The notes under the pieces were generated by a model that saw nothing but the letters and a program-made list of their open reading frames with translations, made no database searches and had not been told where the DNA came from. Shown here one piece after another: positions 15,020 to 25,525 of a stretch of DNA of 64,000 nucleotides (position 1 is the stretch's first letter; each line of letters begins with the position of its first letter). Source of the stretch: a bacterium (lineage in GTDB: Bacteria > Cyanobacteriota > Vampirovibrionia > Gastranaerophilales > UBA9971); assembly GCA_037147175.1 (NCBI GenBank), contig JBAWVS010000007.1, positions 3,509 to 67,508 on the forward strand, written 5' to 3'. Made by a program: the position numbers and the translations under genes.

Positions 15020-16795
15020 TTGAAAAAACGATTGTTCGGGCAATTTTTCCCATCATATTTAATAATTATAATTATCATGCTTTTAATGAGTGTTTTCTTA
15101 ACCTCAAAAATTTTAAAAGAATTTTATTTTGATCAGATTAAAACCGATTTAAAAACAAGAGCCTTTTTAATAGAAGAGCAGGTAAACAAACGCCTTTCTC
15201 CTGCAAATGCCGAATATTTAAATAATTTATGCAAGAACCTTGACCAAAAAACTTCAATGAGAGTTACGATAATACTTCCTTCAGGCAAGGTTATTGCTGA
15301 TTCGGAAGAAAATCCTTCCATGATGGATAATCACAAAGACCGTCCTGAAATCATTAAAGCACTTGCCGGTCAAACTGGGGATTCTGTGCGATACAGTCAT
15401 ACTTTAAGAAAAAACATGATGTATGTTGCTATACCTGTTAAAGAAAATCAAAAAATAACAGGATTTTTAAGAGTTGCGCTGCCTTTATTATTCATAGATA
15501 AAGTGCTTAAGGTTATTTATCTCAAGATTCTTGCTGAGGGACTAATTGCAGCTTTTATAGCTGTTTTTATAAGCTTTTTTATAGCCGGACGAATAAGCAA
15601 GCCGCTCGAAGACTTAGGGCTGGGAGCAATGCAATTTGCAAAAGGGGATTTGAAATACAGACTTTCCATCCCTAAAACTAAAGAAATAGGCGAACTTGCT
15701 ATAGCGATGAATGAAATGGCAAATCAATTAGACAGTAAAATAACTCTTATTACGCAGCAAAGCAACGAGCTTGAGGTTATTCTGGCGAGTCTGGAAGAAG
15801 GTGTTATCGCAATAGATATAAACGAAAGAATTATAAAATTAAATCAGGCAGCTGCAAAGTTAATAGGCGGCAATTTGTCGGATATTCAAAATCATAAAAT
15901 ACAAGAAGTAATAAAAAATTCCGACTTGAACGAATTTATTGCAAAGTCTCTTTCTACAAAATATCATGTGCAGGAAGAAATTATTTTCTACACTCAGGAT
16001 AAAGAATGTATTATTCAGGCTTACAGTACGGCTCTTCAAAACACTGAAGGCTCAAACATTGGTGCTTTAATAGTATTAAATGACATAACCAAACTTAAAA
16101 AACTGGAAAATATAAGGCGTGACTTTATTGCCAATGTTTCTCATGAACTCAGAACCCCTATTACCTCAATTAAAGGTTATACAGAAACATTAATTGACGG
16201 AGCATTGGAAAATAGAGAAAAAGCAGAACAATTTATTAATACTATTTTAAATCAGGCAAATCGTCTTAATAGCATTATTGAAGACCTTTTAAGCCTTTCA
16301 AGGCTGGAGCAGGAATCAAAAGAAAGTGAGCTGGTTACTGAAGAAAGTAAAATAATTGATATTATAAAATCCGCAATTCAGTTGTGTTCAATAAAAGCTG
16401 AATCAGCAAAAGTAGAAACAGAATTTTCATGTCCTGAAGATATCAGGATGTCGGTTAATTCTTCACTGATAGAGCAGGTCATAGTAAATCTGGTTGATAA
16501 TGCAATTAAATACAGTCCTGAAGGAAATAAAGTATTAATCGAAGCATTATCAAAAAACAACGAACTTATTATTAAAGTTACAGATAATGGATGCGGTATC
16601 CCCAAAGAGCATTTGCCACGGATATTTGAAAGATTTTACAGAGTTGATAAAGCAAGAAGCAGAAAATTGGGAGGCACTGGCTTAGGTTTGGCTATCGTTA
16701 AACATATTTGTCAGGCCCATGGAGGCTATGCAAAAGTAGACAGTACCCTTGGCATAGGCAGCTCTTTTTCAATACATCTGCCGCTTATTCCTTAA
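15020..16795 (+). CDS. sensor histidine kinase (PhoR/WalK-like; TM-sensor-HAMP-PAS-HisKA-HATPase)
   Basis: TTG start. H-box SHELRTPITSIKGY, N-box VNLVDNAIKYSPEG, DNGCGIP and GGTGLGLAIVKHI. Confidence 0.9.
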   Translation: MKKRLFGQFFPSYLIIIIIMLLMSVFLTSKILKEFYFDQIKTDLKTRAFLIEEQVNKRLSPANAEYLNNLCKNLDQKTSMRVTIILPSGKVIADSEENPSMMDNHKDRPEIIKALAGQTGDSVRYSHTLRKNMMYVAIPVKENQKITGFLRVALPLLFIDKVLKVIYLKILAEGLIAAFIAVFISFFIAGRISKPLEDLGLGAMQFAKGDLKYRLSIPKTKEIGELAIAMNEMANQLDSKITLITQQSNELEVILASLEEGVIAIDINERIIKLNQAAAKLIGGNLSDIQNHKIQEVIKNSDLNEFIAKSLSTKYHVQEEIIFYTQDKECIIQAYSTALQNTEGSNIGALIVLNDITKLKKLENIRRDFIANVSHELRTPITSIKGYTETLIDGALENREKAEQFINTILNQANRLNSIIEDLLSLSRLEQESKESELVTEESKIIDIIKSAIQLCSIKAESAKVETEFSCPEDIRMSVNSSLIEQVIVNLVDNAIKYSPEGNKVLIEALSKNNELIIKVTDNGCGIPKEHLPRIFERFYRVDKARSRKLGGTGLGLAIVKHICQAHGGYAKVDSTLGIGSSFSIHLPLIP

Positions 16796-17471
16796 ATCTA
16801 TATCCGACGCCTCTTACAGTTTCGATATAATGTTCGCATTTATCAAGTTTTTTGCGCAAACCTACCATTAAAACATCTACAGACCTGTCTGTAACTTCAT
16901 AATCATCGCCTTTTATTTGATCTATAATTTGATAACGAGTTAGAACACGACCGGATTGAGATGCAAGCAAATGAAGAGCCTTAAATTCTCCATTAGTAAG
17001 TTTCAGATGTGTATTGTTCAGCAAAACCTCATATTTAGCAGGATTAATTGATAATTCGTGTATCATTATAATTGAATTATTATCATATTTTTCATCAATT
17101 TTTCTTCTTAATACCGCTTTTATTCTGGAAATAAGAATCTTAGGACTGAAAGGTTTTGTTACATAGTCATCAACACCATATTCAAAACCTTTTATTATTG
17201 TTTCTTCTTCGCCTCTAGCCGTAAGCATTATTATCGGAACTTTATTTGTTTTTTCGGAATTTTTTAGCCTTTTACAAACTTCCATACCGTCAATACCCGG
17301 GAGCATAAGATCAAGAAGAATTAAGTCAGGCGAGGTTTTAAAAATATTTTCTAAAGCCTCTTCTCCTGAAGAATAAACAGTTGTATTATATCCATTTTTT
17401 ATAAGATTGTATTCGATTAATTCTTGAATATCTTCTTCATCTTCAATAATTATAATATTTTGTTTTGACAT
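16785..17471 (-). CDS. OmpR/PhoB-family response regulator
   Basis: Receiver IIIIEDEEDI..DLILLDLMLPGIDG..TARGEE and winged helix ..TVRGVGYRFKE. Its 3' end overlaps the kinase 3' end by 11 nt, convergently. Confidence 0.9.
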   Translation of the reverse strand: MSKQNIIIIEDEEDIQELIEYNLIKNGYNTTVYSSGEEALENIFKTSPDLILLDLMLPGIDGMEVCKRLKNSEKTNKVPIIMLTARGEEETIIKGFEYGVDDYVTKPFSPKILISRIKAVLRRKIDEKYDNNSIIMIHELSINPAKYEVLLNNTHLKLTNGEFKALHLLASQSGRVLTRYQIIDQIKGDDYEVTDRSVDVLMVGLRKKLDKCEHYIETVRGVGYRFKE

Positions 17472-17511
17472 TTAATTTTCCTTTTTAATTAAGATTATTA
17501 TAAAGGCATAT

Positions 17512-17991
17512 TTAATCTTTATACATATTTTTTCTCACATAAGTAGTTAAAGGCGTAACAATAAGAGGAGTAATAATTCTTTTTGCAAGAAGAACGCTTC
17601 CAAAGAGTGTTGTAAGGATTCTAAAATTATTTTTAACTACTTTGCTTGGATTAAGAGGCATATTTGTGATTTTTCTTGATACTTTTAACAGATATTCCTG
17701 CGTATTATTATTTAGTAGGATTGATCCCGAGCTAATCTGCACAAGTGCCTCTACTACGCCATTTGTCAATTTATAGGCCTGAAGATATTTTTTGTTTTGT
17801 TTATCTATCTTTTCATTTTTCCCGAATTGGACATAATCGACTACTTTTGAATAAAAATCCACTGCAACAGATGCACCTAATAGTATTTTTGCATCATACA
17901 TTCCATTAGCAACTCTTTTGGAAATATGTTTTCGAGTAGCTATAGAAACTGGCTTCAGTATGTTATTAATGTTGTTAATTTTATTAGGCAT
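17512..17991 (-). CDS. hypothetical protein, 159 aa
   Basis: Track ORF. It overlaps the upstream ORF by 8 nt and lies 40 nt upstream of the response regulator gene. No domain recognised. Confidence 0.5.
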   Translation of the reverse strand: MPNKINNINNILKPVSIATRKHISKRVANGMYDAKILLGASVAVDFYSKVVDYVQFGKNEKIDKQNKKYLQAYKLTNGVVEALVQISSGSILLNNNTQEYLLKVSRKITNMPLNPSKVVKNNFRILTTLFGSVLLAKRIITPLIVTPLTTYVRKNMYKD

Positions 17992-18655
17992 AAAGTTTAT
18001 CTTTTGATTTAAGTTTTAATTTGGGCAAATCTTTATCTTTTTTAATTATTTTTGGAAGAATTTCATTCAACAGAATTCCCGCTAAAGGTATTGTTAGTAC
18101 AGTAAGAAATAATGCAAAAATACCTTTGAGTTTACTTAAGTTTTTACTTCCGTTTTTCTTAGCAGGATTAAAGAAGTTTCCGAGTTCCTTGTCTACAAAG
18201 TTACCAAGAGTACCTTTTTTTGCCTGATGATCCAGCACTTTTCCTGCTGCAAAACTTGTCGTTATAGCAGTTACAAAAGAGAAAAATGCCTGCACAGGAT
18301 GTAAAATTGCGGAATTTCTTATAGCATCTTTTTTTTCATCTGTAAAAGGAGCAATAGCAAATACCATTAACGGTGAAATTATTGCTTTTCCTGAATAGTT
18401 GATTAAATTAGATGAATTATGTCCTATTTCTTTTTCTAAAACACTGTCATACGTTTTAAGAAAATTCAGCCAGGTTTTTCTTAAAAATCCTGGCTGAACA
18501 TCTAATTTATTTAATTTTGCAGCTCCAAAGCTGTTTTTTTGCAAATTACATATAGCTTCAATCGTAGCGGAAGTTCGTTTCCTCTTTGTATCTTTATGAA
18601 TGTGAGCACTTATATAACTATTACAAGAAGGTATCAACATAATTTTATTAAACAC
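17984..18655 (-). CDS. hypothetical membrane-associated protein, 223 aa
   Basis: Track ORF with hydrophobic stretches (..IISPLMVFAIAPF.., ..GIFALFLTVLTIPLAGILL..) and a Lys-rich tail. Confidence 0.5.
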   Translation of the reverse strand: MFNKIMLIPSCNSYISAHIHKDTKRKRTSATIEAICNLQKNSFGAAKLNKLDVQPGFLRKTWLNFLKTYDSVLEKEIGHNSSNLINYSGKAIISPLMVFAIAPFTDEKKDAIRNSAILHPVQAFFSFVTAITTSFAAGKVLDHQAKKGTLGNFVDKELGNFFNPAKKNGSKNLSKLKGIFALFLTVLTIPLAGILLNEILPKIIKKDKDLPKLKLKSKDKLYA

Positions 18656-18917
18656 CCTTTATTTATCTCAAACAAAAACAAATATTAACTTTATTACTAA
18701 TAAGTTAAATAAACTTTGTTAGTAATTTATTAGAATTATGTTAATATTTGTTTTGATTTTCAGGAAAGAAAACAAAAATAAAAATTGTACTAAAGCATAA
18801 GTGCTAAATGATTTATTAGGTAGCCAAAATTTAGGCCTATACAATATATTACCAAGCCTAAAAAGAAAAGGTTGCAAATTATATTAAAACAAAATTGCTT
18901 TTTTTAATTAAATATCA

Positions 18918-19031
18918 TTATTGTCCAACTGTATTTGCATAAAATCCGCTTGTCCATAAATTTCCACCACATAAAAATTGTTTAATTTCTTTATGTCTTG
19001 AAAACAATTCCTTCGCTGTTAATTTTTGGAC
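18918..19031 (-). pseudogene. IS200/IS605-type TnpA (Y1 transposase) C-terminal fragment
   Basis: My translation VQKLTAKELFSRHKEIKQFLCGGNLWTSGFYANTVGQ* matches the TnpA tail pattern (..LKG.S...L..EFP.LK....LW..sYF..TVG). A stop codon lies immediately upstream, so only about 38 codons remain. Confidence 0.45.
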
Positions 19032-19169
19032 TCACAATAATAACCAATTCAAATTTTTTTATAGAAAAATTTATCATTAATCATATACAAAAAGGTAATG
19101 ATTAAAATTCAAATTATGTTCAAAATAATAAAAAAAGTATAATTAATTTTTTATTATTTTAAGGTAATC

Positions 19170-19985
19170 ATGAAAGTTAACAAGACAACGGTTGCGGATG
19201 CAACTAAAAAGCTTGAAAAATCAAAATTGGTTGATAAACCTCAAATCCCTGCCGATAAAAATCCTCATTGGGCAAAAATCATTGAGCCATGGGTATATTG
19301 GCTGATTGAGCATAACTTTTCTTCAGTGAGGATAAAAAATAAAGAAAACTATAATCGCGGAAATCCAAATTATGCAAACCTTTTATACAGCAATCACAGT
19401 TGTTTTCATGACGGTCAGGTTGCTTATTATATATGCAGAAAAGCTTTTGATGCTAATTTTTATTTAATGATTCAAGAATTGTACAAATTGCCTATACTTT
19501 CAAAAATAGGAGGCTTTTCTGTTGAAAAAAATTCACCTCTGGAAGCTTTAAAATCAATAAATTATGCTTCAAATTTGCTTTCTGACAAACAAACAATGCT
19601 ATGGATTTTTCCGCAAGGGAGAGTCATGCCGCCTGACTTTAGACCTATAAAGTTCGAAAGCGGATTAACTTATATAACCAGCAAGGTTAAAGGTGTCAAC
19701 TTAATTCCTGTATCCATCAGGTACACTTTTTTAAGAGATGTAAAACCCGAAATATTTGCTGAAATTGGAGAACCTATAGAAATAAATAACGGTATTAATA
19801 ATAAAAAAGAATTTACTCGTTTTCTTGAAGAAGATTTAACTAATATTGCTGATGCGCAAATAAATAAAATTACTCAAGGTGATTTAAATGGGTATGAATA
19901 TATTTACCAGAGTAAATTGCCAATATTTAAAAGATTAGAACCTTTTTTGAAATATATTTTTTTTGATAAAAGATATTTAAATTGA
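19170..19985 (+). CDS. lysophospholipid (PlsC-type) acyltransferase family protein
   Basis: HX4D motif NHSCFHDG and a later IFPQGRV motif. Confidence 0.7.
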   Translation: MKVNKTTVADATKKLEKSKLVDKPQIPADKNPHWAKIIEPWVYWLIEHNFSSVRIKNKENYNRGNPNYANLLYSNHSCFHDGQVAYYICRKAFDANFYLMIQELYKLPILSKIGGFSVEKNSPLEALKSINYASNLLSDKQTMLWIFPQGRVMPPDFRPIKFESGLTYITSKVKGVNLIPVSIRYTFLRDVKPEIFAEIGEPIEINNGINNKKEFTRFLEEDLTNIADAQINKITQGDLNGYEYIYQSKLPIFKRLEPFLKYIFFDKRYLN

Positions 19986-19999
19986 AATAATAAATTTAA

Positions 20000-21283
20000 C
20001 TAAGATTTTATCTTTTCAGCAATGTATTTTCCTGCATACTCACCCATTGACCAGCAGTTTGGTTGAATCCTGATAGAAGCCTGCGCTTTAAAAGTTGCAG
20101 AAATACACCTTCCAACGACTAAAAGGTTCTCTATTTTTTCAGGAATAAGGGATTCTAATGGGATTTCGTAATATTGATCAGGCGCAAGGTGTTTTAGTTC
20201 ATTTTTACCTTTTTCTTTAGCGTGAATATCAACAGGATAATTTGATTGAGCAACCGGTTTATTGCATTTTTTAGCACTTAAAATATCATCTTCTGTCAAT
20301 TTATATAAACCGTTTATTCTTCTTGAATCCCTGATTCCAAGCTGTGGGGCTATTTGGCTAATATAAGCTTCCTCAAATCCTGTCAGGTATTTTTTACAAA
20401 ACTCAGCGATTCTTCTAATTTGCTTTCTGCCTTGTTTATACGCATAAGATAGATCTTCAGGGTCTAGCGGATCCAGTTCATGTTTTGCAGAAATTCTCGG
20501 ACAGTTTAAAGCAATACTGTTTTTTTGCCCGGGTATAGAAAAAACTTGAAAATAAGCTGCATCTTCGTCTTTAAGCAGACCTTCTCTAACGGCAGATCCA
20601 AAAAATGGTCTTAATTTCCATCCAAGATTGTCCCACGTGTGCGCTGTCGTTAATAAAATAGTATCATAATCGTGATAATCGATTGCTGTAACACTGCTGT
20701 CAGGGTCTAATTCCGTAAGCCATTGAGAAAAAGCGTCTAAGTTCACATTTGTCATAATAAATCTTAAACTCATTGTCTGATGTTCTTTACTCTCGAAAGA
20801 AACACCTGCAAAAGCTGCTAAATCCGCATCACCTGTTGCATCTACATAATATTTAGCCTCAAATTCTGATTTTCCGCCTTTATTAAAGCATTTGACTGAT
20901 TTAATATTATTATTCTCAATTTCAGTGCCTATAACTACAGTATCAAAAAGAGTCACCACTTTATTTTCATCGCAAAAATCATCCAGTACACACTTTAACA
21001 TTTCGGGATTAAACCATCCGGGATTTCCGTCATTAAATTTAGCGCTATTACCTGTTTTAGCAAGCCTGTCTAATACTTCTAAAACAATTCCCTGCGTAAG
21101 ATTTTTGCCTGCGTCAGTTATATTTTTCATCATAGGAGTAACAAGCGCTGCTGTCGCTGTACCTCCCAGAAAACTGTTTTTTTCGATTATTAAAACTTTG
21201 CAACCTGCTCTTGCGGCTGAAATTGCTGCTGCGACTCCTGATGTACCACCACCTGCTACAATTAAATCGTATTTTTTATTCAT
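20000..21283 (-). CDS. FAD-dependent oxidoreductase
   Basis: N-terminal Rossmann YDLIVAGGGTSGVAAAISAARAGCKVLIIEK..FLGG. Confidence 0.8.
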   Translation of the reverse strand: MNKKYDLIVAGGGTSGVAAAISAARAGCKVLIIEKNSFLGGTATAALVTPMMKNITDAGKNLTQGIVLEVLDRLAKTGNSAKFNDGNPGWFNPEMLKCVLDDFCDENKVVTLFDTVVIGTEIENNNIKSVKCFNKGGKSEFEAKYYVDATGDADLAAFAGVSFESKEHQTMSLRFIMTNVNLDAFSQWLTELDPDSSVTAIDYHDYDTILLTTAHTWDNLGWKLRPFFGSAVREGLLKDEDAAYFQVFSIPGQKNSIALNCPRISAKHELDPLDPEDLSYAYKQGRKQIRRIAEFCKKYLTGFEEAYISQIAPQLGIRDSRRINGLYKLTEDDILSAKKCNKPVAQSNYPVDIHAKEKGKNELKHLAPDQYYEIPLESLIPEKIENLLVVGRCISATFKAQASIRIQPNCWSMGEYAGKYIAEKIKS

Positions 21284-21295
21284 AATTGACCTCTA

Positions 21296-22180
21296 TTAGT
21301 ACTGAAGTGAGTACAGTCTTACGTTCTGGTAAAAATATCCTAGTATCTGGTATGCGCTATAACCTGCATTAGCCAATATATTTGCTCCATTCTGGGACAT
21401 GCCTATTCCGTGTCCATTTTTAGGGATACCCTCATCATAGGCTTCTACAGCTCTTATAAACGGTAAGTCTTTACCCCATACTGCACCGGAAGGCAATGTA
21501 TGACCTCCTGAACTAGCATGATAATAGGCGGGTATCACTTTATTTCCATAAACAAGTACCTGTCCTCTTGTCGCTTTTACAATTTCATTAGTTTTAATTG
21601 TTTCGGCAGAAGCGCCTTTATAAACCTGATCCTGAGTTGTATCATTTACATCAAAGCCATAACGCGCTCTTTTTCCCATATTTGCAACAGCAAAGCTTCT
21701 TGCCGCTATAGCCTGTGCTTTCAAAGCTTCTGTATTCCAACGTGCAGGCATTTCTGAAGGGACAACTCCCTGAATATAACTTTCAAGATCTACTTCATTA
21801 ACCAATATCAGACCATTTCCCGTATTATATACAAGAAAACTCCCTCTGTACCAGCGTTTTTTTGCATAAACAAGACCATCAGTCCCGTTTGGTTTTATTG
21901 TTACTGCATTAGAATTTAGCTGGAAATTTTTTCCACCTGTGGAAATTATCATGCCATTTCCGTTTTTAGAAAGGCTATAAGGTTTCATTTGGTCAATAGC
22001 CATAAGATTTTGGCCTGATTGTGCATCAGAAAGCATACCACCTTTGGACCCACCAAAGACGACCTCATTTACACCGTTATATAATCCGACTTTAAAGGCT
22101 TTTGCAGGTCTAACATTGTTTGTAAATGCTAAAACCAGCAAAAACATAATGATTATTATTTTGTATATTTGTTTGTTCAT
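21296..22180 (-). CDS. SpoIID/LytB-domain protein
   Basis: Signal peptide, then VVPSEMPARWNTEALKAQAIAARSFAV.., DQVYKG and AYYHASSGGHT. Confidence 0.85.
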   Translation of the reverse strand: MNKQIYKIIIIMFLLVLAFTNNVRPAKAFKVGLYNGVNEVVFGGSKGGMLSDAQSGQNLMAIDQMKPYSLSKNGNGMIISTGGKNFQLNSNAVTIKPNGTDGLVYAKKRWYRGSFLVYNTGNGLILVNEVDLESYIQGVVPSEMPARWNTEALKAQAIAARSFAVANMGKRARYGFDVNDTTQDQVYKGASAETIKTNEIVKATRGQVLVYGNKVIPAYYHASSGGHTLPSGAVWGKDLPFIRAVEAYDEGIPKNGHGIGMSQNGANILANAGYSAYQILGYFYQNVRLYSLQY

Positions 22181-22421
22181 ATTATTCAGCCATATATTAA
22201 AGTCTATTAATTATAGTCCTGAGAGATTTAATATTCATCAATTATTAATATGAATATACCCGCAAATTTTAAATATTAATCTGTTCATGTGAAATATTGA
22301 AAAAAAAATTTATAAACAAAAAATTAATTCTTCAGGGCAATAAACTTAATGTTAATTTAACTTAAATTATTATACTAATTCTCAATTAAGACAAATTCTT
22401 ATGTGAAATAGGGAGATTTTT

Positions 22422-23015
22422 ATGATTAAAATATTATCAATATTATTTTGTTTGCTGATTTTTGCTTCACTTCCTGTATTTTCACAAAATATTGAATTAA
22501 ATAACAAGCAAAATGCAAATACTTCATCCAACGTCAAAAATATTGACTGCACAGATTATCCTGTTGTAAGCGGCTTAGAACGAAAAGCTTTCGGAAGTAC
22601 ATTTCTGAATGAAAATATATATAATAGGGTAAACAGGCTTGAAAACGAAATACTGGGAACAACATTTCCACAGGAAGCTCTATGTGACAGGATTGATAGG
22701 ATAGCTAAAGCAGCAGCCAGCTCTGAGACTTACGCAAATAGTGATACATCTCCACAACAGTCAGTATATCAAACAACATTGAACTCTGCTATGCAAAGCA
22801 TGTCAAATAGTTTCAGTAGCAATAGTTCGTGCAACAACCAATTTAACTCAACTCAAAATACATCAGCACTCCAAAAGGTACTTAATTTTGCCATGCCGTT
22901 TATTAACGGATCAAATACTAATTGGAATAATTCATTTTACAATCCAAACTTTTCAGATAATTATAGCGGTATTCAAAATTCAAGTTTTGGAGCCGGAGTC
23001 AAAATACTTCACTAG
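22422..23015 (+). CDS. secreted hypothetical protein with an N/S-rich C-terminus
   Basis: Signal peptide MIKILSILFCLLIFASLPVFSQ and SD GGGAGA upstream. Confidence 0.6.
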   Translation: MIKILSILFCLLIFASLPVFSQNIELNNKQNANTSSNVKNIDCTDYPVVSGLERKAFGSTFLNENIYNRVNRLENEILGTTFPQEALCDRIDRIAKAAASSETYANSDTSPQQSVYQTTLNSAMQSMSNSFSSNSSCNNQFNSTQNTSALQKVLNFAMPFINGSNTNWNNSFYNPNFSDNYSGIQNSSFGAGVKILH

Positions 23016-23155
23016 ATAAATAATTGCATCAACAATGATTGATGCAACAAATACATATTCTGTAAAGATTTTATTGCCAATGCAATTATTGCCTAAGCAA
23101 CTATCAATAAACTTTTATCTGGTATTATTATTTATAAAATAATCTAAGATTTGGG

Positions 23156-24253
23156 GTGAGTATTTTGGAATTTGTTCCCGTACATAGCGAAAGTCAAAAT
23201 AAAAACGATATAACAAAAGCAACTGAGCAGCTTGAACTCATTCCTATTACTACAGAAGACGGAACTGTCAGTCTGTATAATTTTACTATAAATGACGTGT
23301 ATCACAGCAAAATTGGAGCTTACACCGAAGCTTTATATAAATATACTGTGCCTTCCGGTATTTTGGAATTTGTAAAACATAACAATGAAGTCAAAATTCT
23401 AGATATTTGTTTTGGATTAGGTTACAACAGTAAAGTTGCGGTTTCAGAAATTTTTAAAATTAATCCCGAATGTAAAATTACAATTAACGCTCTTGAAATC
23501 GATCCAAAAGTTCTGGCGCTATCATGTATTTTATTTAACCAAACAGACAATAATTTTATAGAGAAAGCATTTTTTGATGCAATTAGTAAACAAATAAATG
23601 TAGTCGCTGTACTTGAGGAATACACAAATAATGTCCTCAAATACAGCCCTAATTTGACCGAAATATTACCGTCCTGCTATAAAAGTATTGACGCGGTCGA
23701 AATAAAACAGAAATTACATAATATATATTATCGGACTATATCGTCTAGAAATAGTAGAGGGCTTAAAACTAATCCTTTAAAAGATTTATTGACTATTAAT
23801 ATTTTTACGGAAGATGCAAGAAAGGCAATAAAGCTTATCAACACCGAACATGACTATATTTTTCACGATCCTTTTACCCCTTCAAAAGCTCCTGTTCTGT
23901 GGACAGTGGATTTTTTCAATGAATTATTCAGAATTTTATCTCCGAACGGAAACTTGACAACTTACAGTTCATCAGCTCCTGTCAGGGCTGGACTAATTGA
24001 AGCAGGATTTTTTGTAGGCAGAACTGAACCTGTAGGAAAAAAAACTTCCGGAACTATTGCATACAAAAACATTGAGCTTCTTAAAAACTTCTTAACTTCT
24101 AAAGAAAAGGGGCTCTTGGAAACAAATGCGGGAATTCCTTATTATGACGAAAATCTTATCAACTCTTCTGAATCAATCTTAAAAAATAGAGAGTTAATAC
24201 AAAAAAACTCTGATCGGGTTTCATCAAGTAAATTTTTGAAGTCATTCTTATAA
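23156..24253 (+). CDS. MnmC/MnmD-like SAM-dependent tRNA methyltransferase domain protein
   Basis: GTG start. ILDICFGLGYNS and ..DYIFHDPFTPSKAPVLWTVDFFNELFRILSPNGNLTTYSSSAPVRAGLIEAGFFVG. Confidence 0.7.
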   Translation: MSILEFVPVHSESQNKNDITKATEQLELIPITTEDGTVSLYNFTINDVYHSKIGAYTEALYKYTVPSGILEFVKHNNEVKILDICFGLGYNSKVAVSEIFKINPECKITINALEIDPKVLALSCILFNQTDNNFIEKAFFDAISKQINVVAVLEEYTNNVLKYSPNLTEILPSCYKSIDAVEIKQKLHNIYYRTISSRNSRGLKTNPLKDLLTINIFTEDARKAIKLINTEHDYIFHDPFTPSKAPVLWTVDFFNELFRILSPNGNLTTYSSSAPVRAGLIEAGFFVGRTEPVGKKTSGTIAYKNIELLKNFLTSKEKGLLETNAGIPYYDENLINSSESILKNRELIQKNSDRVSSSKFLKSFL

Positions 24254-24301
24254 CTTTTGTTATGATAAACTTATGTTAAGAAAGCTTGTAGTGATATAAA
24301 A

Positions 24302-25360
24302 ATGAAGAAAAGAAGAGTTTCAAAAAAAATCAGAATAGGTAATGTTGAAATAGGAGGAGATTCCTCTATTTCTATACAATCTATGTGTACAACCGACACT
24401 AGAGACACGCATGCCACTATTGAACAAATCCACAAGCTTACTGATGCAGGTTGTGAACTTGTCAGAGTAGCGGTATTAAATAAAGAAGCGGCAGAGTCCA
24501 TTGGTGAAATAAAAAAACATATTAAAATCCCACTTATTGCAGACATTCATTTTGACTACAGGCTTGCACTGGAGGCTATAAATCAAGATATAGATGCCTT
24601 AAGGCTAAATCCGGGAAATATCGGAAACAAAGAAAACATTGAAAAAGTGGTTAAAGCCGCAAAAGAAAGAGAGATTCCTATAAGAATCGGGATAAATGCA
24701 GGCTCACTTGAAAAAAATTTAAGTGATAATCACGATAAAATCCATAAAAATCTGGTTAAAAGTGCGTTAAAACACGTAAACATACTTGAAAACCTTGATT
24801 TTGATCTTATCAAAATCTCCCTAAAAGCAAGTGATGTGCCTACAATGATTAAAGCTTACAAAAAAATATCTAAAAAAGTTGATTATCCGCTTCATCTTGG
24901 AGTAACCGAGGCAGGAACTATAAAAACAGGTTTAATAAAATCATCAATCGGCATTGGAGTGCTCTTAAATCAAGGCATAGGGGATACTATCAGGGTTTCG
25001 CTTACAGAAGACCCTGTAGAAGAAGTTTATGCGGCATGGGAAATTCTAAAAGCACTTAATATACGAAAAAAAGGGCTGAATTTAATTAGTTGTCCAACCT
25101 GCGGAAGATGTGAAGTTAATCTTATCGAACTTGCAAAACAGGTGGAAGAAAAATTCAGAAATATAGACAAACCTTTAACAATAGCGGTTATGGGCTGTCA
25201 TGTTAACGGGCCGGGTGAAGCAAAATCAGCAGATATTGGCATCGCATGCGCAAAAAAAGAATCTTATATTTTCAAAAAAGGCGAAATTATAAAAAAAATC
25301 CCTTTTGAAGACGCATTACAGACTTTAGAAGAAGAAGTAAAATCTTTATTAAGTCCCTAA
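24302..25360 (+). CDS. ispG: 4-hydroxy-3-methylbut-2-en-1-yl diphosphate synthase
   Basis: IGNVEIGGDSSISIQSMCTTDT, RLNPGNIG and SCPTCGRC. Confidence 0.95.
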   Translation: MKKRRVSKKIRIGNVEIGGDSSISIQSMCTTDTRDTHATIEQIHKLTDAGCELVRVAVLNKEAAESIGEIKKHIKIPLIADIHFDYRLALEAINQDIDALRLNPGNIGNKENIEKVVKAAKEREIPIRIGINAGSLEKNLSDNHDKIHKNLVKSALKHVNILENLDFDLIKISLKASDVPTMIKAYKKISKKVDYPLHLGVTEAGTIKTGLIKSSIGIGVLLNQGIGDTIRVSLTEDPVEEVYAAWEILKALNIRKKGLNLISCPTCGRCEVNLIELAKQVEEKFRNIDKPLTIAVMGCHVNGPGEAKSADIGIACAKKESYIFKKGEIIKKIPFEDALQTLEEEVKSLLSP

Positions 25361-25525
25361 ATTATAATATTAAGATATGTTAAATTTAATTTGGTATACC
25401 GTAAATCATTGATGCTATTGATTTTAAGTCTAATTGTGTAAAATTAATTTTAAATTCAACTATCAACTTTTTTTTTGAGCAGTTTTAAATTTAATAGTCG
25501 AGTATTATTTGAGGGATCAAGGTAG

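Noticed and set aside
20892-21299. Antisense or nested track ORFs inside well-supported genes. Examples: 20892..21299, 21518..21757, 26744..27285, 31639..31839, 34789..35133, 39589..39843, 47458..48282, 51080..51361, 53981..54289, 56618..56872, 59647..59889, 62996..63256.
   Set aside because: Each is wholly contained in, or antisense to, a long ORF with clear family motifs. Long spurious frames are expected in AT-rich DNA.
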